From NCBI GenBank assembly GCA_964646525.1, contig CAZYER010000001.1, forward strand, positions 14,719-78,718: a stretch of 64,000 nt of DNA, given 5' to 3'. Below the pieces are notes generated by a model. That model had not been told where the DNA came from and searched no databases. It saw only the letters and a program-made list of their open reading frames with translations. The position numbers and the translations under genes were made by a program. Below, piece after piece: positions 1 through 9,490 of this stretch. Origin of the DNA: an uncultured Francisella sp. GTDB taxonomy: Bacteria > Pseudomonadota > Gammaproteobacteria > Thiomicrospirales > Thiomicrospiraceae. Position 1 is the stretch's first letter. The number at the start of each line of letters is the position of its first letter.

Positions 1-813
1 ATTCAAGTGGCAAGTAATGGTGCCAAGGCGATTGAAATTGCACGCAGTAGCACGCCACCCGATTTGATTCTGCTCGACATCATCATGCCAGATATGGATG
101 GTTACGAAGTGTGTCGTCGCTTAAAAAATGATGCCCACACCAGTAGTATTCCGATTATTTTTGTCAGCGCCTTAGGTGAGGCTTTAGATGAAGAAAAAGG
201 TCTCAACTTAGGTGCTGTTGACTATATCTCTAAACCTTTTCATTTACCGATTGTGCGAGCAAGGCTACGCAACCACATGACGCTCAAGCGCAAAACCGAT
301 CTACTCGAAGACATGTCTCACATGGACGGGTTAACCCATGTCGCTAACCGACGCCAATTTGATGAGACCTTTGAAAAAGAAGCGAAGCGATGCCAGCGTG
401 ATGGACACTATTTAGGTATCATCATGATTGATATTGACTACTTTAAACTCTTTAACGACAACTATGGTCATGGTAAGGGCGATGAGTGTCTGGTAAAAGT
501 GGCTGGTGCACTGAATAATCAAATTCGACGCACTAACGACCTATTTGCTCGTTATGGTGGTGAAGAGTTTGTGGTTATCCTACCCAATACCCCCCCCAAA
601 GAAGTGGCCGCCATCGCAGAAAAACTACGCTCTGCCGTTGATCAACTCATGCTTAAACATGAATATTCACCAGTGACTGATCACGTCACCATTAGTTTGG
701 GCGGTGCGAGTGAGTTGATCGAAAGCCATCAACAAGCCTTGGATCTACTCAGCAAAGCAGATAAAGCACTTTATATGGCTAAGGAACAGGGTAGAAATCG
801 GGTGGCTATGTAA
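1..813 (+). CDS. Response regulator-diguanylate cyclase (REC-GGDEF); 5' end lies outside the window
   Basis: The frame is open from base 1. Receiver motifs (DLILLDIIMPDMDG, ISKPF) precede a GGDEF domain with intact GGEEF and an RTND (RxxD) I-site five residues upstream. Confidence 0.85.
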   Translation: MQVASNGAKAIEIARSSTPPDLILLDIIMPDMDGYEVCRRLKNDAHTSSIPIIFVSALGEALDEEKGLNLGAVDYISKPFHLPIVRARLRNHMTLKRKTDLLEDMSHMDGLTHVANRRQFDETFEKEAKRCQRDGHYLGIIMIDIDYFKLFNDNYGHGKGDECLVKVAGALNNQIRRTNDLFARYGGEEFVVILPNTPPKEVAAIAEKLRSAVDQLMLKHEYSPVTDHVTISLGGASELIESHQQALDLLSKADKALYMAKEQGRNRVAM

Positions 814-825
814 CAGCTTGAGAAG

Positions 826-856
826 GCTAAAAATCAAGCAGAGCGAGATTTTTAGC
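826..856. terminator. Hairpin between convergent genes (10-bp stem GCTAAAAATC/GATTTTTAGC, 11-nt loop); possible bidirectional terminator without a clear U-tract
   Basis: Perfect inverted repeat read directly from the sequence. It lies about 10 nt from both the GGDEF stop and the pheA stop. Confidence 0.4.
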
Positions 857-864
857 TATGTCCT

Positions 865-1962
865 TTAATAAGGCGCAACGGGAAAAGAACCGAGCAGTTT
901 GTAAAAACTACATTTTGCTTCGACTTGCGCCAATACCGATTTAAGCGGCTCTTGCTCACTATGCCCTTCCACATCGGCATAAAACACATAGTTCCACTTA
1001 GTCTGTTTCGATGGGCGCTCAGTTAATCGTGCCAAACTAATGCCTTTTTCAGCAAAATACCCCAGCACTTCGTGCAAGGCACCAGGACGATTGGGTGTTG
1101 AGAAAATCAGCGCCGTTTTATCTAAGCCACTCACGCCGCTGGCATGACGTGCCATCACCCAGAAACGCGTGGTATTGTCGGGCTGATCTTCGATACCATT
1201 CACCAACACTTGCAGGTCGTATAAGTGGCTTGCTTGCTCAGAAGCAATCGCCGCGGTATCTGCATGCTCAGTAGCATAAACCGCAGCGGCGGCATTACTG
1301 TCCATCGGGTGTTGCTTCGCCCAAGGCAAATTATTCGCCAACCATTCTCGACATTGTGCTAACGCCTGGGCATGAGCCGCCACCACTTTAATCGATGTCA
1401 AATCGCTTTGTTTGGCTAATAAGGCATGATGAATCGACAAGTTGACTTCACCACATACTTGCAAATTGGTTTTCAGCAGTAAATCTTGCGTAATATTAAC
1501 TGCACCTTCGGTCGAATTTTCCACGGGTACCACACCATAATCGGTGCGTCCTGTTTCAACCGCTTTGAAGACATTTTCGATATTGGCTACTGCCAAGGTT
1601 TGCGCACTCAGACCAAAATGTTTAATGGTTGCCGCTTGCGAAAAAGTCCCCTCTGGACCTAAATAAGCGACACGAACGGGCTGCTCCAGAGCCAAACAAG
1701 CCGACATGATTTCACGAAACAAACGCGCGACAACATCATCCGCTAATGGCCCTTGATTACGATTCATCACCTCGCGCAGTACTTGCGCCTCACGCTCTGG
1801 ACGATAGAAAATGGTTTCCACCGTACCGCCCTGCGTTTTAATGTGAGCGACTTCTTGCGCTAACTTGGCACGTTCCGCAATCAGTTGCTGAATTTGCGCA
1901 TCTAACGCATCGATACCCGTGCGAATTTCTTGTAGGCGTTGTTGTTCTTGAGCAGTAACCAT
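865..1962 (-). CDS. pheA: Bifunctional chorismate mutase / prephenate dehydratase (P-protein)
   Basis: 365 aa with an N-terminal chorismate mutase helix region, a prephenate dehydratase domain (NTTRFWV) and a C-terminal ACT region. It sits 6 nt downstream of serC, as in the Pseudomonas gyrA-serC-pheA order. Confidence 0.9.
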   Translation of the reverse strand: MVTAQEQQRLQEIRTGIDALDAQIQQLIAERAKLAQEVAHIKTQGGTVETIFYRPEREAQVLREVMNRNQGPLADDVVARLFREIMSACLALEQPVRVAYLGPEGTFSQAATIKHFGLSAQTLAVANIENVFKAVETGRTDYGVVPVENSTEGAVNITQDLLLKTNLQVCGEVNLSIHHALLAKQSDLTSIKVVAAHAQALAQCREWLANNLPWAKQHPMDSNAAAAVYATEHADTAAIASEQASHLYDLQVLVNGIEDQPDNTTRFWVMARHASGVSGLDKTALIFSTPNRPGALHEVLGYFAEKGISLARLTERPSKQTKWNYVFYADVEGHSEQEPLKSVLAQVEAKCSFYKLLGSFPVAPY

Positions 1963-1968
1963 GAAGGC

Positions 1969-3042
1969 TTATCCGTGACGCTGAGCAAAATCGTGCATAA
2001 ACGCAATTAAGGCATCCACACCTGCTTCTGGCATGGCATTATAAATACTAGCGCGCATACCACCGACGATTTTATGACCTTTAAGCGAAGTCAGACCAGT
2101 TGCCGCTGTTTCTGCTAAGAAAACGGCATCTAATGCTGAATCTTTCAAGGTAAAAGGCACATTCATCCACGAACGGTCGGCTGTCTTCACAGGATTGGCA
2201 TAAAAACCATTCGAGTTGTCGATGGCGGCATAAAGTTTTTGCGCTTTACGTTCATTAATCGCCGCCATGGCACTCAGTCCACCATTTTCTAACAACCATT
2301 CAAACACCAAACCTGCCATATACCAAGGATAGGTTGCTGGGGTGTTGTACATAGAATCGTTATTGGCTGCCGACTGATAATCCAATATGGTTGGCGTACC
2401 AGGGCGCGCTTTACCGACTAAATCCTCACGAATAATGACAATGGTCAACCCTGCTGGACCGATATTTTTTTGTGCGCCCGCATAAATGACACCAAACTTA
2501 CTCACATCAATCGGACGAGACAAAATGGTCGATGACATGTCCGCTACCAGTACCTTATCGCCCACATCGGGAATCTGCTGAAACTCTAGTCCACCGATGG
2601 TTTCGTTAGGCGTGTAGTGAACGTATTTGGCATCAGGACTCAGCTTCCACTCATCACGCTCTGGCACTGCTGTGGTATGGGTGGCCACCACATTCACATT
2701 ACAAAATCGGCTCGCTTCTTTAATGGCTTTTTCTGACCAAACACCCGTGTTGAAATAATCAACGGTATCCCCTTCATGGGCTAAATTCAACGGAATCATG
2801 GCAAACTGTAACGAAGCACCGCCCTGTAAAAACAGTACCTTGTAATTATCAGGAATCGCCATCAGCTGACGTAAATCAGCTTCGGCTTTTTTCGCCACAG
2901 CCGTGTAGTCTTTTCCGCGATGGCTCACTTCCATAATCGACATGCCAGTACCGTGCCAATCAAGCATCTCGGCTTGAGCGCGCTCCATTACGGCTGTCGG
3001 CATCATGGCAGGGCCAGCACTAAAATTATATACACGAGCCAT
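1969..3042 (-). CDS. serC: Phosphoserine aminotransferase
   Basis: 357 aa with the class-V aminotransferase PLP-lysine motif YAGAQKNIGPAGLT. The N-terminus (YNFSAGPA) is typical of SerC. Confidence 0.93.
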   Translation of the reverse strand: MARVYNFSAGPAMMPTAVMERAQAEMLDWHGTGMSIMEVSHRGKDYTAVAKKAEADLRQLMAIPDNYKVLFLQGGASLQFAMIPLNLAHEGDTVDYFNTGVWSEKAIKEASRFCNVNVVATHTTAVPERDEWKLSPDAKYVHYTPNETIGGLEFQQIPDVGDKVLVADMSSTILSRPIDVSKFGVIYAGAQKNIGPAGLTIVIIREDLVGKARPGTPTILDYQSAANNDSMYNTPATYPWYMAGLVFEWLLENGGLSAMAAINERKAQKLYAAIDNSNGFYANPVKTADRSWMNVPFTLKDSALDAVFLAETAATGLTSLKGHKIVGGMRASIYNAMPEAGVDALIAFMHDFAQRHG

Positions 3043-3058
3043 CGGGCAACTCCTCTAC

Positions 3059-5695
3059 TTATGCTTTATTGTCGGTTTCAATTTTGCTCGCCGTGTCTGT
3101 CACTGCCTCACTATCCAAGACAGGCAAAGACGCATCAGTCATATCTTCTGTTTCGTCATTAAGTGTTTCTTCAGGTTCGGCATCCAGTACTGCCACACTG
3201 ACTAGGTTTTCAGTGTCAGAAAGGTTAATGAGCTTAACACCTTGAGTGTTGCGACTGAGTACCGGAATTTCACTAACACGCGTTCGAACCAAGGTACCTT
3301 TGTCGGTAATCAGCACCAACTCATGCTCGCGATTGACCATCACCGCCGAAACCACCTGACCATTACGATCCGAGGTCTTAATCGAAATCACACCCTGACC
3401 ACCACGACCGATGGTTGAGTATTCATCCAATTCGGTACACTTACCGTAACCATTGGCGGTAGCGGTGAGCAACATTAATTCTGGCTGAATCAATTGCAAA
3501 CTAATCACTTTCGCCTCACCAAGCAGTGTCATACCACGCACACCGCGCGCACCACGTCCCATGGCACGTACATCACCTTCGTGGAAGCGAATCGCTTTGC
3601 CATTATCGGCCAACAACATGACATCATTGTCACCCGTAGTGAGTACCGCTTGTACCAAGGCATCGCCATCATCCAAGCCCAACGCAATAATGCCTGAGGC
3701 ACGAGGACGTGAGAAATCCATCAATTCTGTTTTCTTCACCACACCAGCTGAGGTTGCCATGAATACATACTGACCCGCTTCAAAGGCAGAGATAGGCAGA
3801 ATACTGGTAATCAACTCATCGCCTTCAAGCGGCAATAAATTGTTAATGGGGCGACCACGCGCCGTACGACCAGCTTGAGGAATGTCGAAAGTACGCAACC
3901 AATACAACTTACCGCGATTGGAGAAACACAACAATGTCGCATGAGAATGGGCAACAATCACTCGTCCAACACTGTCACTTTCTTTCACGCTAGCAGCAGC
4001 TTTACCACGCCCACCACGACGCTGCGCACGGTAATCGCTGGTGGGTTGCGCTTTAATATAACCATCATCCGATAAGGTGACAATTAAGTCTTCTTGCGGA
4101 ATCAGGTCTTCGCGAGACATGTCCAGCGCATTAAACTCAATTTCGCTACGACGTTGATCGCCATATTGTTCAACTACCGCCACCAACTCTTCACGAACCA
4201 CTTCGGTTAAACGCACTGGGTTACGCAGAATTTCTAACAACGCCAACATTTCTTCTAATAACTTGCCATACTCAGCAAAAATCTTATCTTGCTCTAAGCC
4301 TGTTAGTCGTTGCAAACGCAAATCCAAAATCGCTTGCGCTTGTTCAGGCGAGAGGTAATAACCATCGGCACGCATACCAAATTCAGCACTAATATGCTCA
4401 GGGCGAGTGCTGACTTCTTCAGCGCGAGATAAGAGCTCTAGCACTTTATCGGCAGACCAGCCACGCTCTAATAAGGCTTGTTTTGCTAAAGGCGGCGTTG
4501 GAGAGGCTTTAATGATGGCAATCATTTCATCGACATTCGATAAAGCGACGGTTAAGCCTTCTAACAAATGTGCACGATCACGCGCTTTACGTAACTCGAA
4601 ACGGCTACGACGCGTCACCACTTCACGACGATGACGGATAAAGAATTCTAAAATTTGTTTTAGGTTCAATAGACGTGGTTGACCATCAACAATCGCCACC
4701 ATATTGAAATTGAATGCGGTTTGCATGGCGGTGGTCTTGTATAGCTGATTCAGCAAGACTTCTAAGGACTCGCCACGACGCACTTCTACCACCATGCGCA
4801 TACCGTCTTTATCCGACTCGTCACGCAGGCCAGTGATGCCTTCGATTTGCTTTTCTTTCACCATTTCAGCGATGCGTTCGATCAGCTTGGCTTTATTAAC
4901 CTGATAAGGTAATTCAGTCACAACGATTTGGTTTTTATTGTTCTTCTCTTCAAAATGTGCACGCGCACGCATCACCACACGTCCACGACCTGTTTCATAG
5001 GCGTCACGCAGCCCACCGACACCATAAATAATGCCCGCTGTGGGGAAGTCAGGTGCAGGTACGTGTTGCATGAGTTCAGCAACCGTTAAGGAAGGACGAT
5101 CCAATAAGGCAATGGTGGCATTAACCACTTCGGTTAGATTATGCGGTGGGATATTGGTTGCCATACCGACGGCAATACCCGTTTGACCATTAATGAGTAG
5201 GTTAGGGATACGTGACGGGAAAACCACAGGTTCATGTTCAGAACCATCATAGTTAGGTGAAAAATCAACCGTATCTTTTTCTAAGTCAGCCAATAATTCA
5301 TGCGCTAGCCGTGCCATACGCACTTCGGTGTAACGCATGGCCGCTGGCGAGTCACCATCGACCGAACCAAAGTTACCTTGACCATCCACGAGCACATAAC
5401 GCATCGAAAAATCTTGCGCCATACGAACGATGGTATCGTAAACCGCCGTATCACCATGCGGGTGATACTTACCGATGACATCACCAACCACACGAGCGGA
5501 TTTCTTATAGGCTTTGTTCCAGTCATTGCCCAACTCAGACATGGCATAAAGCACACGACGATGCACTGGCTTAAGACCATCGCGAACATCAGGCAAGGCT
5601 CGCCCAACGATGACGCTCATGGCATAATCTAAATAGGATTGCTTCATCTCCCCTTCTAGGGAAACCGATATAATCTCTTTAGCAATTTCTGACAT
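3059..5695 (-). CDS. gyrA: DNA gyrase subunit A
   Basis: 878 aa with the active-site region AAMRYTE, the [14 protein letters not shown], a beta-pinwheel C-terminal domain and an acidic tail. Confidence 0.97.
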   Translation of the reverse strand: MSEIAKEIISVSLEGEMKQSYLDYAMSVIVGRALPDVRDGLKPVHRRVLYAMSELGNDWNKAYKKSARVVGDVIGKYHPHGDTAVYDTIVRMAQDFSMRYVLVDGQGNFGSVDGDSPAAMRYTEVRMARLAHELLADLEKDTVDFSPNYDGSEHEPVVFPSRIPNLLINGQTGIAVGMATNIPPHNLTEVVNATIALLDRPSLTVAELMQHVPAPDFPTAGIIYGVGGLRDAYETGRGRVVMRARAHFEEKNNKNQIVVTELPYQVNKAKLIERIAEMVKEKQIEGITGLRDESDKDGMRMVVEVRRGESLEVLLNQLYKTTAMQTAFNFNMVAIVDGQPRLLNLKQILEFFIRHRREVVTRRSRFELRKARDRAHLLEGLTVALSNVDEMIAIIKASPTPPLAKQALLERGWSADKVLELLSRAEEVSTRPEHISAEFGMRADGYYLSPEQAQAILDLRLQRLTGLEQDKIFAEYGKLLEEMLALLEILRNPVRLTEVVREELVAVVEQYGDQRRSEIEFNALDMSREDLIPQEDLIVTLSDDGYIKAQPTSDYRAQRRGGRGKAAASVKESDSVGRVIVAHSHATLLCFSNRGKLYWLRTFDIPQAGRTARGRPINNLLPLEGDELITSILPISAFEAGQYVFMATSAGVVKKTELMDFSRPRASGIIALGLDDGDALVQAVLTTGDNDVMLLADNGKAIRFHEGDVRAMGRGARGVRGMTLLGEAKVISLQLIQPELMLLTATANGYGKCTELDEYSTIGRGGQGVISIKTSDRNGQVVSAVMVNREHELVLITDKGTLVRTRVSEIPVLSRNTQGVKLINLSDTENLVSVAVLDAEPEETLNDETEDMTDASLPVLDSEAVTDTASKIETDNKA

Positions 5696-5822
5696 GGAAG
5701 TTATTGTCCAATCTAACGTATAATCGCGCTATTATAACCCGATTAGCGAGCAGATGACAGACATAGACTGTTATAAGCATCATGCAAAAAGCACAACGCA
5801 AAATTCAATCGAAGCAAACACA

Positions 5823-6524
5823 ATGAGCAACAATCAAGACACGGCTGAGCTGAATCACTTTAATCAACTTGCCCAGCATTGGTGGGATAAAAATGGTCCA
5901 CTGAAAACCCTGCACGACATTAATCCTGCGCGTTTATCTTTTGTGCAGAAACACCAGCCGCTAGCAGGCTTACGTGTTCTGGATATTGGCTGTGGTGCTG
6001 GCATTTTCAGTGAAGCCCTCGCAAAAGCAGGCGCACAAGTCACGGGCATTGATTTAGCGAATGATCTGATCGAAGTGGCCAAACAACATAGCCAGTTAGC
6101 CAATATGAGTATCGACTACCAGTGTATCAGTGCAGAAACCTTTGCTGAACAACATCCGCAGTCTTTCGATGTGGTGGTTTGCATGGAGCTATTGGAGCAT
6201 GTGCCAGATCCAGCCGCTATCTTACAAGCCGCTGCGCGTTGCTTAGCACCCGATGGCTGGTTATTTGCTTCGACGATTAACCAAACGGTTAAAGCAAAAG
6301 TGCTAGCCGTTTGGACAGCCGAAACTGTGTTAAACCTGATTCCTAAAGGTACGCATGACGCGGCTAAATTTATCGCACCACATCAATTGGTGGCATGGAC
6401 TGAACCGCTAGGATTAACCGCCGTCCAGCTCATGGGATTACACTATCATCCGTTTAAAAGAACCACCCACCTTGCCATGCCCGCGGATGTCAATTATTTA
6501 ATGGCCTTTCATAAAACAACATGA
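5823..6524 (+). CDS. ubiG: Ubiquinone biosynthesis O-methyltransferase
   Basis: SAM-binding motif VLDIGCGAGI, plus MELLEHVPDP and LIPKGTHD as in E. coli UbiG. It is divergent from gyrA, as in E. coli. The internal ATG at 5823 is preferred over the ORF-track start at 5754. Confidence 0.9.
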   Translation: MSNNQDTAELNHFNQLAQHWWDKNGPLKTLHDINPARLSFVQKHQPLAGLRVLDIGCGAGIFSEALAKAGAQVTGIDLANDLIEVAKQHSQLANMSIDYQCISAETFAEQHPQSFDVVVCMELLEHVPDPAAILQAAARCLAPDGWLFASTINQTVKAKVLAVWTAETVLNLIPKGTHDAAKFIAPHQLVAWTEPLGLTAVQLMGLHYHPFKRTTHLAMPADVNYLMAFHKTT

Positions 6525-7195
6525 CGCATCACCCCAACTACCAAGCGGTATTATTTGATTTAGATGGTACGCTGTGCGATACCGCGCTCGATTTTACGCT
6601 AGCACTCAACCGCTTACTCGCCGAGGAGCAGAGAAAGTCACTTTCTTTGTCGCAAGTTCGTTCGCAAGTATCGAATGGCGCTTTAGCCATCATTCAAACC
6701 GCTTTTCCTGACATCGAAGACGAACCGTCGCTGTTATCGTTACGTAATCGTTTGGTTAATTATTATCAAGACAATATTGTCTGGCACACCCAGCTCTACC
6801 CAGGTATGGATAAATTATTAGCACAGCTTGCCGAACGAGACATTCCTTGGGGGGTTGTTTCGAACAAGCCCGAATCCTTAACGCGTGACATTATGCAACG
6901 CTTGCCATTATCTTATGCACCTAGCGCCATTATCGGCGGTGATACACTAGCAGTGGCTAAACCCCACCCAGAACCTTTATGGCTTGCCGCCGAGCAGTGT
7001 CAAACGCCAGCTGAACAGTGTCTGTATATTGGCGACCATCATCGAGACGTGATTGCCGCAAAAGCGGCGGGCATGCTGGCAATCGCAGCAAGCTATGGCT
7101 ATATCAGTGCCAACGAAAGCGCACATGACTGGGGCGCTGACTGGGTTGTTGATTCGCCCTATCAATTACTTACCTTAATGCAGTTATCAGTATGA
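6521..7195 (+). CDS. HAD-IA phosphatase, Gph/MupP-like (phosphoglycolate or MurNAc-6-P phosphatase family)
   Basis: DxDGT motif (LFDLDGTLCDT), SNK and GDHHRD motifs. There are ATGA overlaps with ubiG upstream and with the SDR-like gene downstream, matching the Pseudomonas ubiG-mupP-SDR order. Confidence 0.75.
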   Translation: MTHHPNYQAVLFDLDGTLCDTALDFTLALNRLLAEEQRKSLSLSQVRSQVSNGALAIIQTAFPDIEDEPSLLSLRNRLVNYYQDNIVWHTQLYPGMDKLLAQLAERDIPWGVVSNKPESLTRDIMQRLPLSYAPSAIIGGDTLAVAKPHPEPLWLAAEQCQTPAEQCLYIGDHHRDVIAAKAAGMLAIAASYGYISANESAHDWGADWVVDSPYQLLTLMQLSV

Positions 7196-7851
7196 ATCCA
7201 GAAGCAACACAACATCCTTACGCCATTGTGGGTGCAACAAGCGATCTGGGAATGGGCTTGGCTTGGCGACTGGCACAACAAGGCTTTCCGTTATTACTCA
7301 TTGATCGTGATGAAGTGAAGCTGTCACAACTGGCGGACGAATTGGAGACGGCGGGTCATGCCGAACCACTACTGGCGGTTATTAATCCCCTACAGGTCGA
7401 TTTTGAAATGCAATGCCAACAACTGGCACAAGTCGCGCCTCAGTTGTCGGGTTTCTGTTGGGCTGGCGCTTGGCTTGACCAGCCCACACCGATACTGAAT
7501 GAATCGCTTGAACACTGGCAAAAGGGATTGATGCTCAATATCACCTACCCGTTAATGCTATTTAAAAGCTTAAACGGACGTTTGACTGAAACCGCTATGG
7601 CTTGGATTGCTCAGCCGCAAGCCTTAGCCTTCACCAACCAACTAGGAGCTGCAAGTTCTCTGTGGTCGGTTTGGTTACCGATTATCAATCAAGAACTCGG
7701 TGCTTCCGCTTCACCTCGCATTCAACTCTGGCAGTTACCTCGCTTAGCCGATCGTGTCCATCGTCGTATCTACCCGCTGGCAGAGTTGGATGAATTCACG
7801 CCCATCGATACCGCTATTGATGCGTGGCTACTGAATTGGATGGCTTACTAA
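7192..7851 (+). CDS. YciK-like short-chain dehydrogenase homolog, probably catalytically inactive
   Basis: Rossmann-type GATSDLGMG at the N-terminus and a CQQLAQ block as in E. coli YciK. GAASS replaces the YAASK catalytic Tyr/Lys. Confidence 0.6.
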   Translation: MNPEATQHPYAIVGATSDLGMGLAWRLAQQGFPLLLIDRDEVKLSQLADELETAGHAEPLLAVINPLQVDFEMQCQQLAQVAPQLSGFCWAGAWLDQPTPILNESLEHWQKGLMLNITYPLMLFKSLNGRLTETAMAWIAQPQALAFTNQLGAASSLWSVWLPIINQELGASASPRIQLWQLPRLADRVHRRIYPLAELDEFTPIDTAIDAWLLNWMAY

Positions 7852-8636
7852 TGAGCGTGTATATCGCCAAGCTGTTCAGTTATTTTCTTTACCCACTCAC
7901 TTGGGTCATGCTGCTGTTATTACTCAGTGTAATTGCACTCTGGTGGCATAAACAGCGCCTTGCAAAATTTACTGCAACCAGTTCGTTATTGCTCTTATCT
8001 CTAATCAGTATGCCTGTTACCAGTCAGTGGTTGATGCATCAACTCGAAAGCCAATATCCAGCGCAGCCGACGGAGAGCATTCAGCCAGCCGATGGGTTGT
8101 TAGTCTTAGGGGGAGGCATTCATGGTAACGCGCCGCCTTGGCGACTGACATTCGATTTGAATGATGCCGCCGATAGAGTGGTTTACGCAGCGCAACTTTA
8201 TCATGCTGGCAAAGGGAAACAGATTTTGGTTAGCGGTGGCATGCTGAGTTGGAAAGGCGTTCAACAAAGCGAAGCCAGTGCCATGAAAGCCCTACTCGTT
8301 CAATTAGGCGTTCCCGCCTCTGTCATTATTGAAGAAGATCAGAGTCAAAGCACATACGAAAACATGGTCAATAGCCGAGTTTTGTTAAGCACTCACTCGG
8401 TGCAGAGCCTGCTACTCGTCACCTCTGCCGCACACATGCCACGTTCTATGGCCACGGCGGCTAAAAACTTAGACGTTCAACTGATAGTGAGCGCTGCCCC
8501 GACGGATATTCGCGTCGTGGCAATCGGTAGCGATTTACTGGACTTTTTGCCCCAAGCAAGCGGCTTGGCCATGTTTACTGAAGCATGGCATGAATGGGTC
8601 GGTTGGCTGGTTTATCGACTCAAAGGCTATGCTTGA
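7851..8636 (+). CDS. DUF218 (YdcF/ElyC-like) membrane protein
   Basis: Two N-terminal TM segments followed by a DUF218-type domain (LVLGGG ... LLLVTSAAHMPRS). Its ATG overlaps the upstream TAA (TAATG). Confidence 0.7.
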   Translation: MSVYIAKLFSYFLYPLTWVMLLLLLSVIALWWHKQRLAKFTATSSLLLLSLISMPVTSQWLMHQLESQYPAQPTESIQPADGLLVLGGGIHGNAPPWRLTFDLNDAADRVVYAAQLYHAGKGKQILVSGGMLSWKGVQQSEASAMKALLVQLGVPASVIIEEDQSQSTYENMVNSRVLLSTHSVQSLLLVTSAAHMPRSMATAAKNLDVQLIVSAAPTDIRVVAIGSDLLDFLPQASGLAMFTEAWHEWVGWLVYRLKGYA

Positions 8637-9379
8637 AAACTCAAACCTAGTCTTAAAGCGCTATCTTGATAGCCACCCACACGACCGACTAAAGCATTGG
8701 TAGCGATTTCTGTTTGCTCATAGAGTCTACTCGCAACTCGCTCATAACCTGAGCTATTTTGACTTTCTTCAGCAGAGGCTTTCGCAGTGGACGCTGACTT
8801 GCCAGGTTCACTATCCTCACCAGACATAGTTTGCTGTTGCTGACTCGAAACCTCTTGTTGTGCTTGCTGCATCATAGCCTGCGCCGATTGTGCCACAGCA
8901 TAGTCTTGAGAGGAAGGCTCGGCTGGCGCCATCGCTGCCTGAATGACTTGGCGGGCTTTAGCAATCGTGGCTTCAGGATCGTCTGGGATGGGTGAAACAT
9001 CAATACCCACATTCCCCCCCACGGCATAGCGTTTACCATCAGGTCCTGTTTGGTAGCTGTAATTCGGTCCAGAAGTGACATACTGACCACCCGCAGCGAC
9101 ATGGGCTTGCTCGTGAATGCGCACTTCTCTATCTCGCGCTTGCAACTGAGCAATGACTTTTTTCACTTCAGGGTTATTTAAATCGACACCATTAGACGAT
9201 GCTTGACTGGCGTTTTTAGTTTGAGAAGCTCTATCCGCCTGTTGTTTTTGGTCTGCATCGGCGTTGTTCTTTGAAGCAGCTGAAGTCTGAGTGGTGTTAG
9301 CGCTGGCTTGCGTCACCGAGGTCGGCACGACAATCGGCTGTGCGCTTTGTGATGCTAAAGGTGTGATAGACATACTCAC
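8627..9379 (-). CDS. SprA-related putative metalloprotease (CJM1_0395-like family)
   Basis: 250 aa with Q/S/A-rich flanks around a core carrying HEQAH followed by GGQYVTSGPNYSYQTGPDGKRYAVGG. The family assignment is from memory of that motif. Confidence 0.55.
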   Translation of the reverse strand: MSMSITPLASQSAQPIVVPTSVTQASANTTQTSAASKNNADADQKQQADRASQTKNASQASSNGVDLNNPEVKKVIAQLQARDREVRIHEQAHVAAGGQYVTSGPNYSYQTGPDGKRYAVGGNVGIDVSPIPDDPEATIAKARQVIQAAMAPAEPSSQDYAVAQSAQAMMQQAQQEVSSQQQQTMSGEDSEPGKSASTAKASAEESQNSSGYERVASRLYEQTEIATNALVGRVGGYQDSALRLGLSFQA

Positions 9380-9490
9380 CTCCCTCCGTAAACGCTATTC
9401 ATAAGCTTTTAGCATATATTACGACAAGTCAAGGGCTTTGCATAGCATAATTACCTTGTGAAATCAGAGCGATAGCAACAGTTCCTTGTC

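Noticed and set aside
3494-5632. Cluster of 60-100-aa ORFs on both strands inside gyrA (for example 5305-5607 and 5378-5632)
   Set aside because: They are shadow frames of a very well supported 878-aa gene. The products are low-complexity with no RBS or motif, so I treat them as noise.
5754-5822. 23-codon N-terminal extension of ubiG given by the ORF track
   Set aside because: Homology to UbiG begins after the internal ATG at 5823, and the extension has no counterpart in E. coli UbiG.
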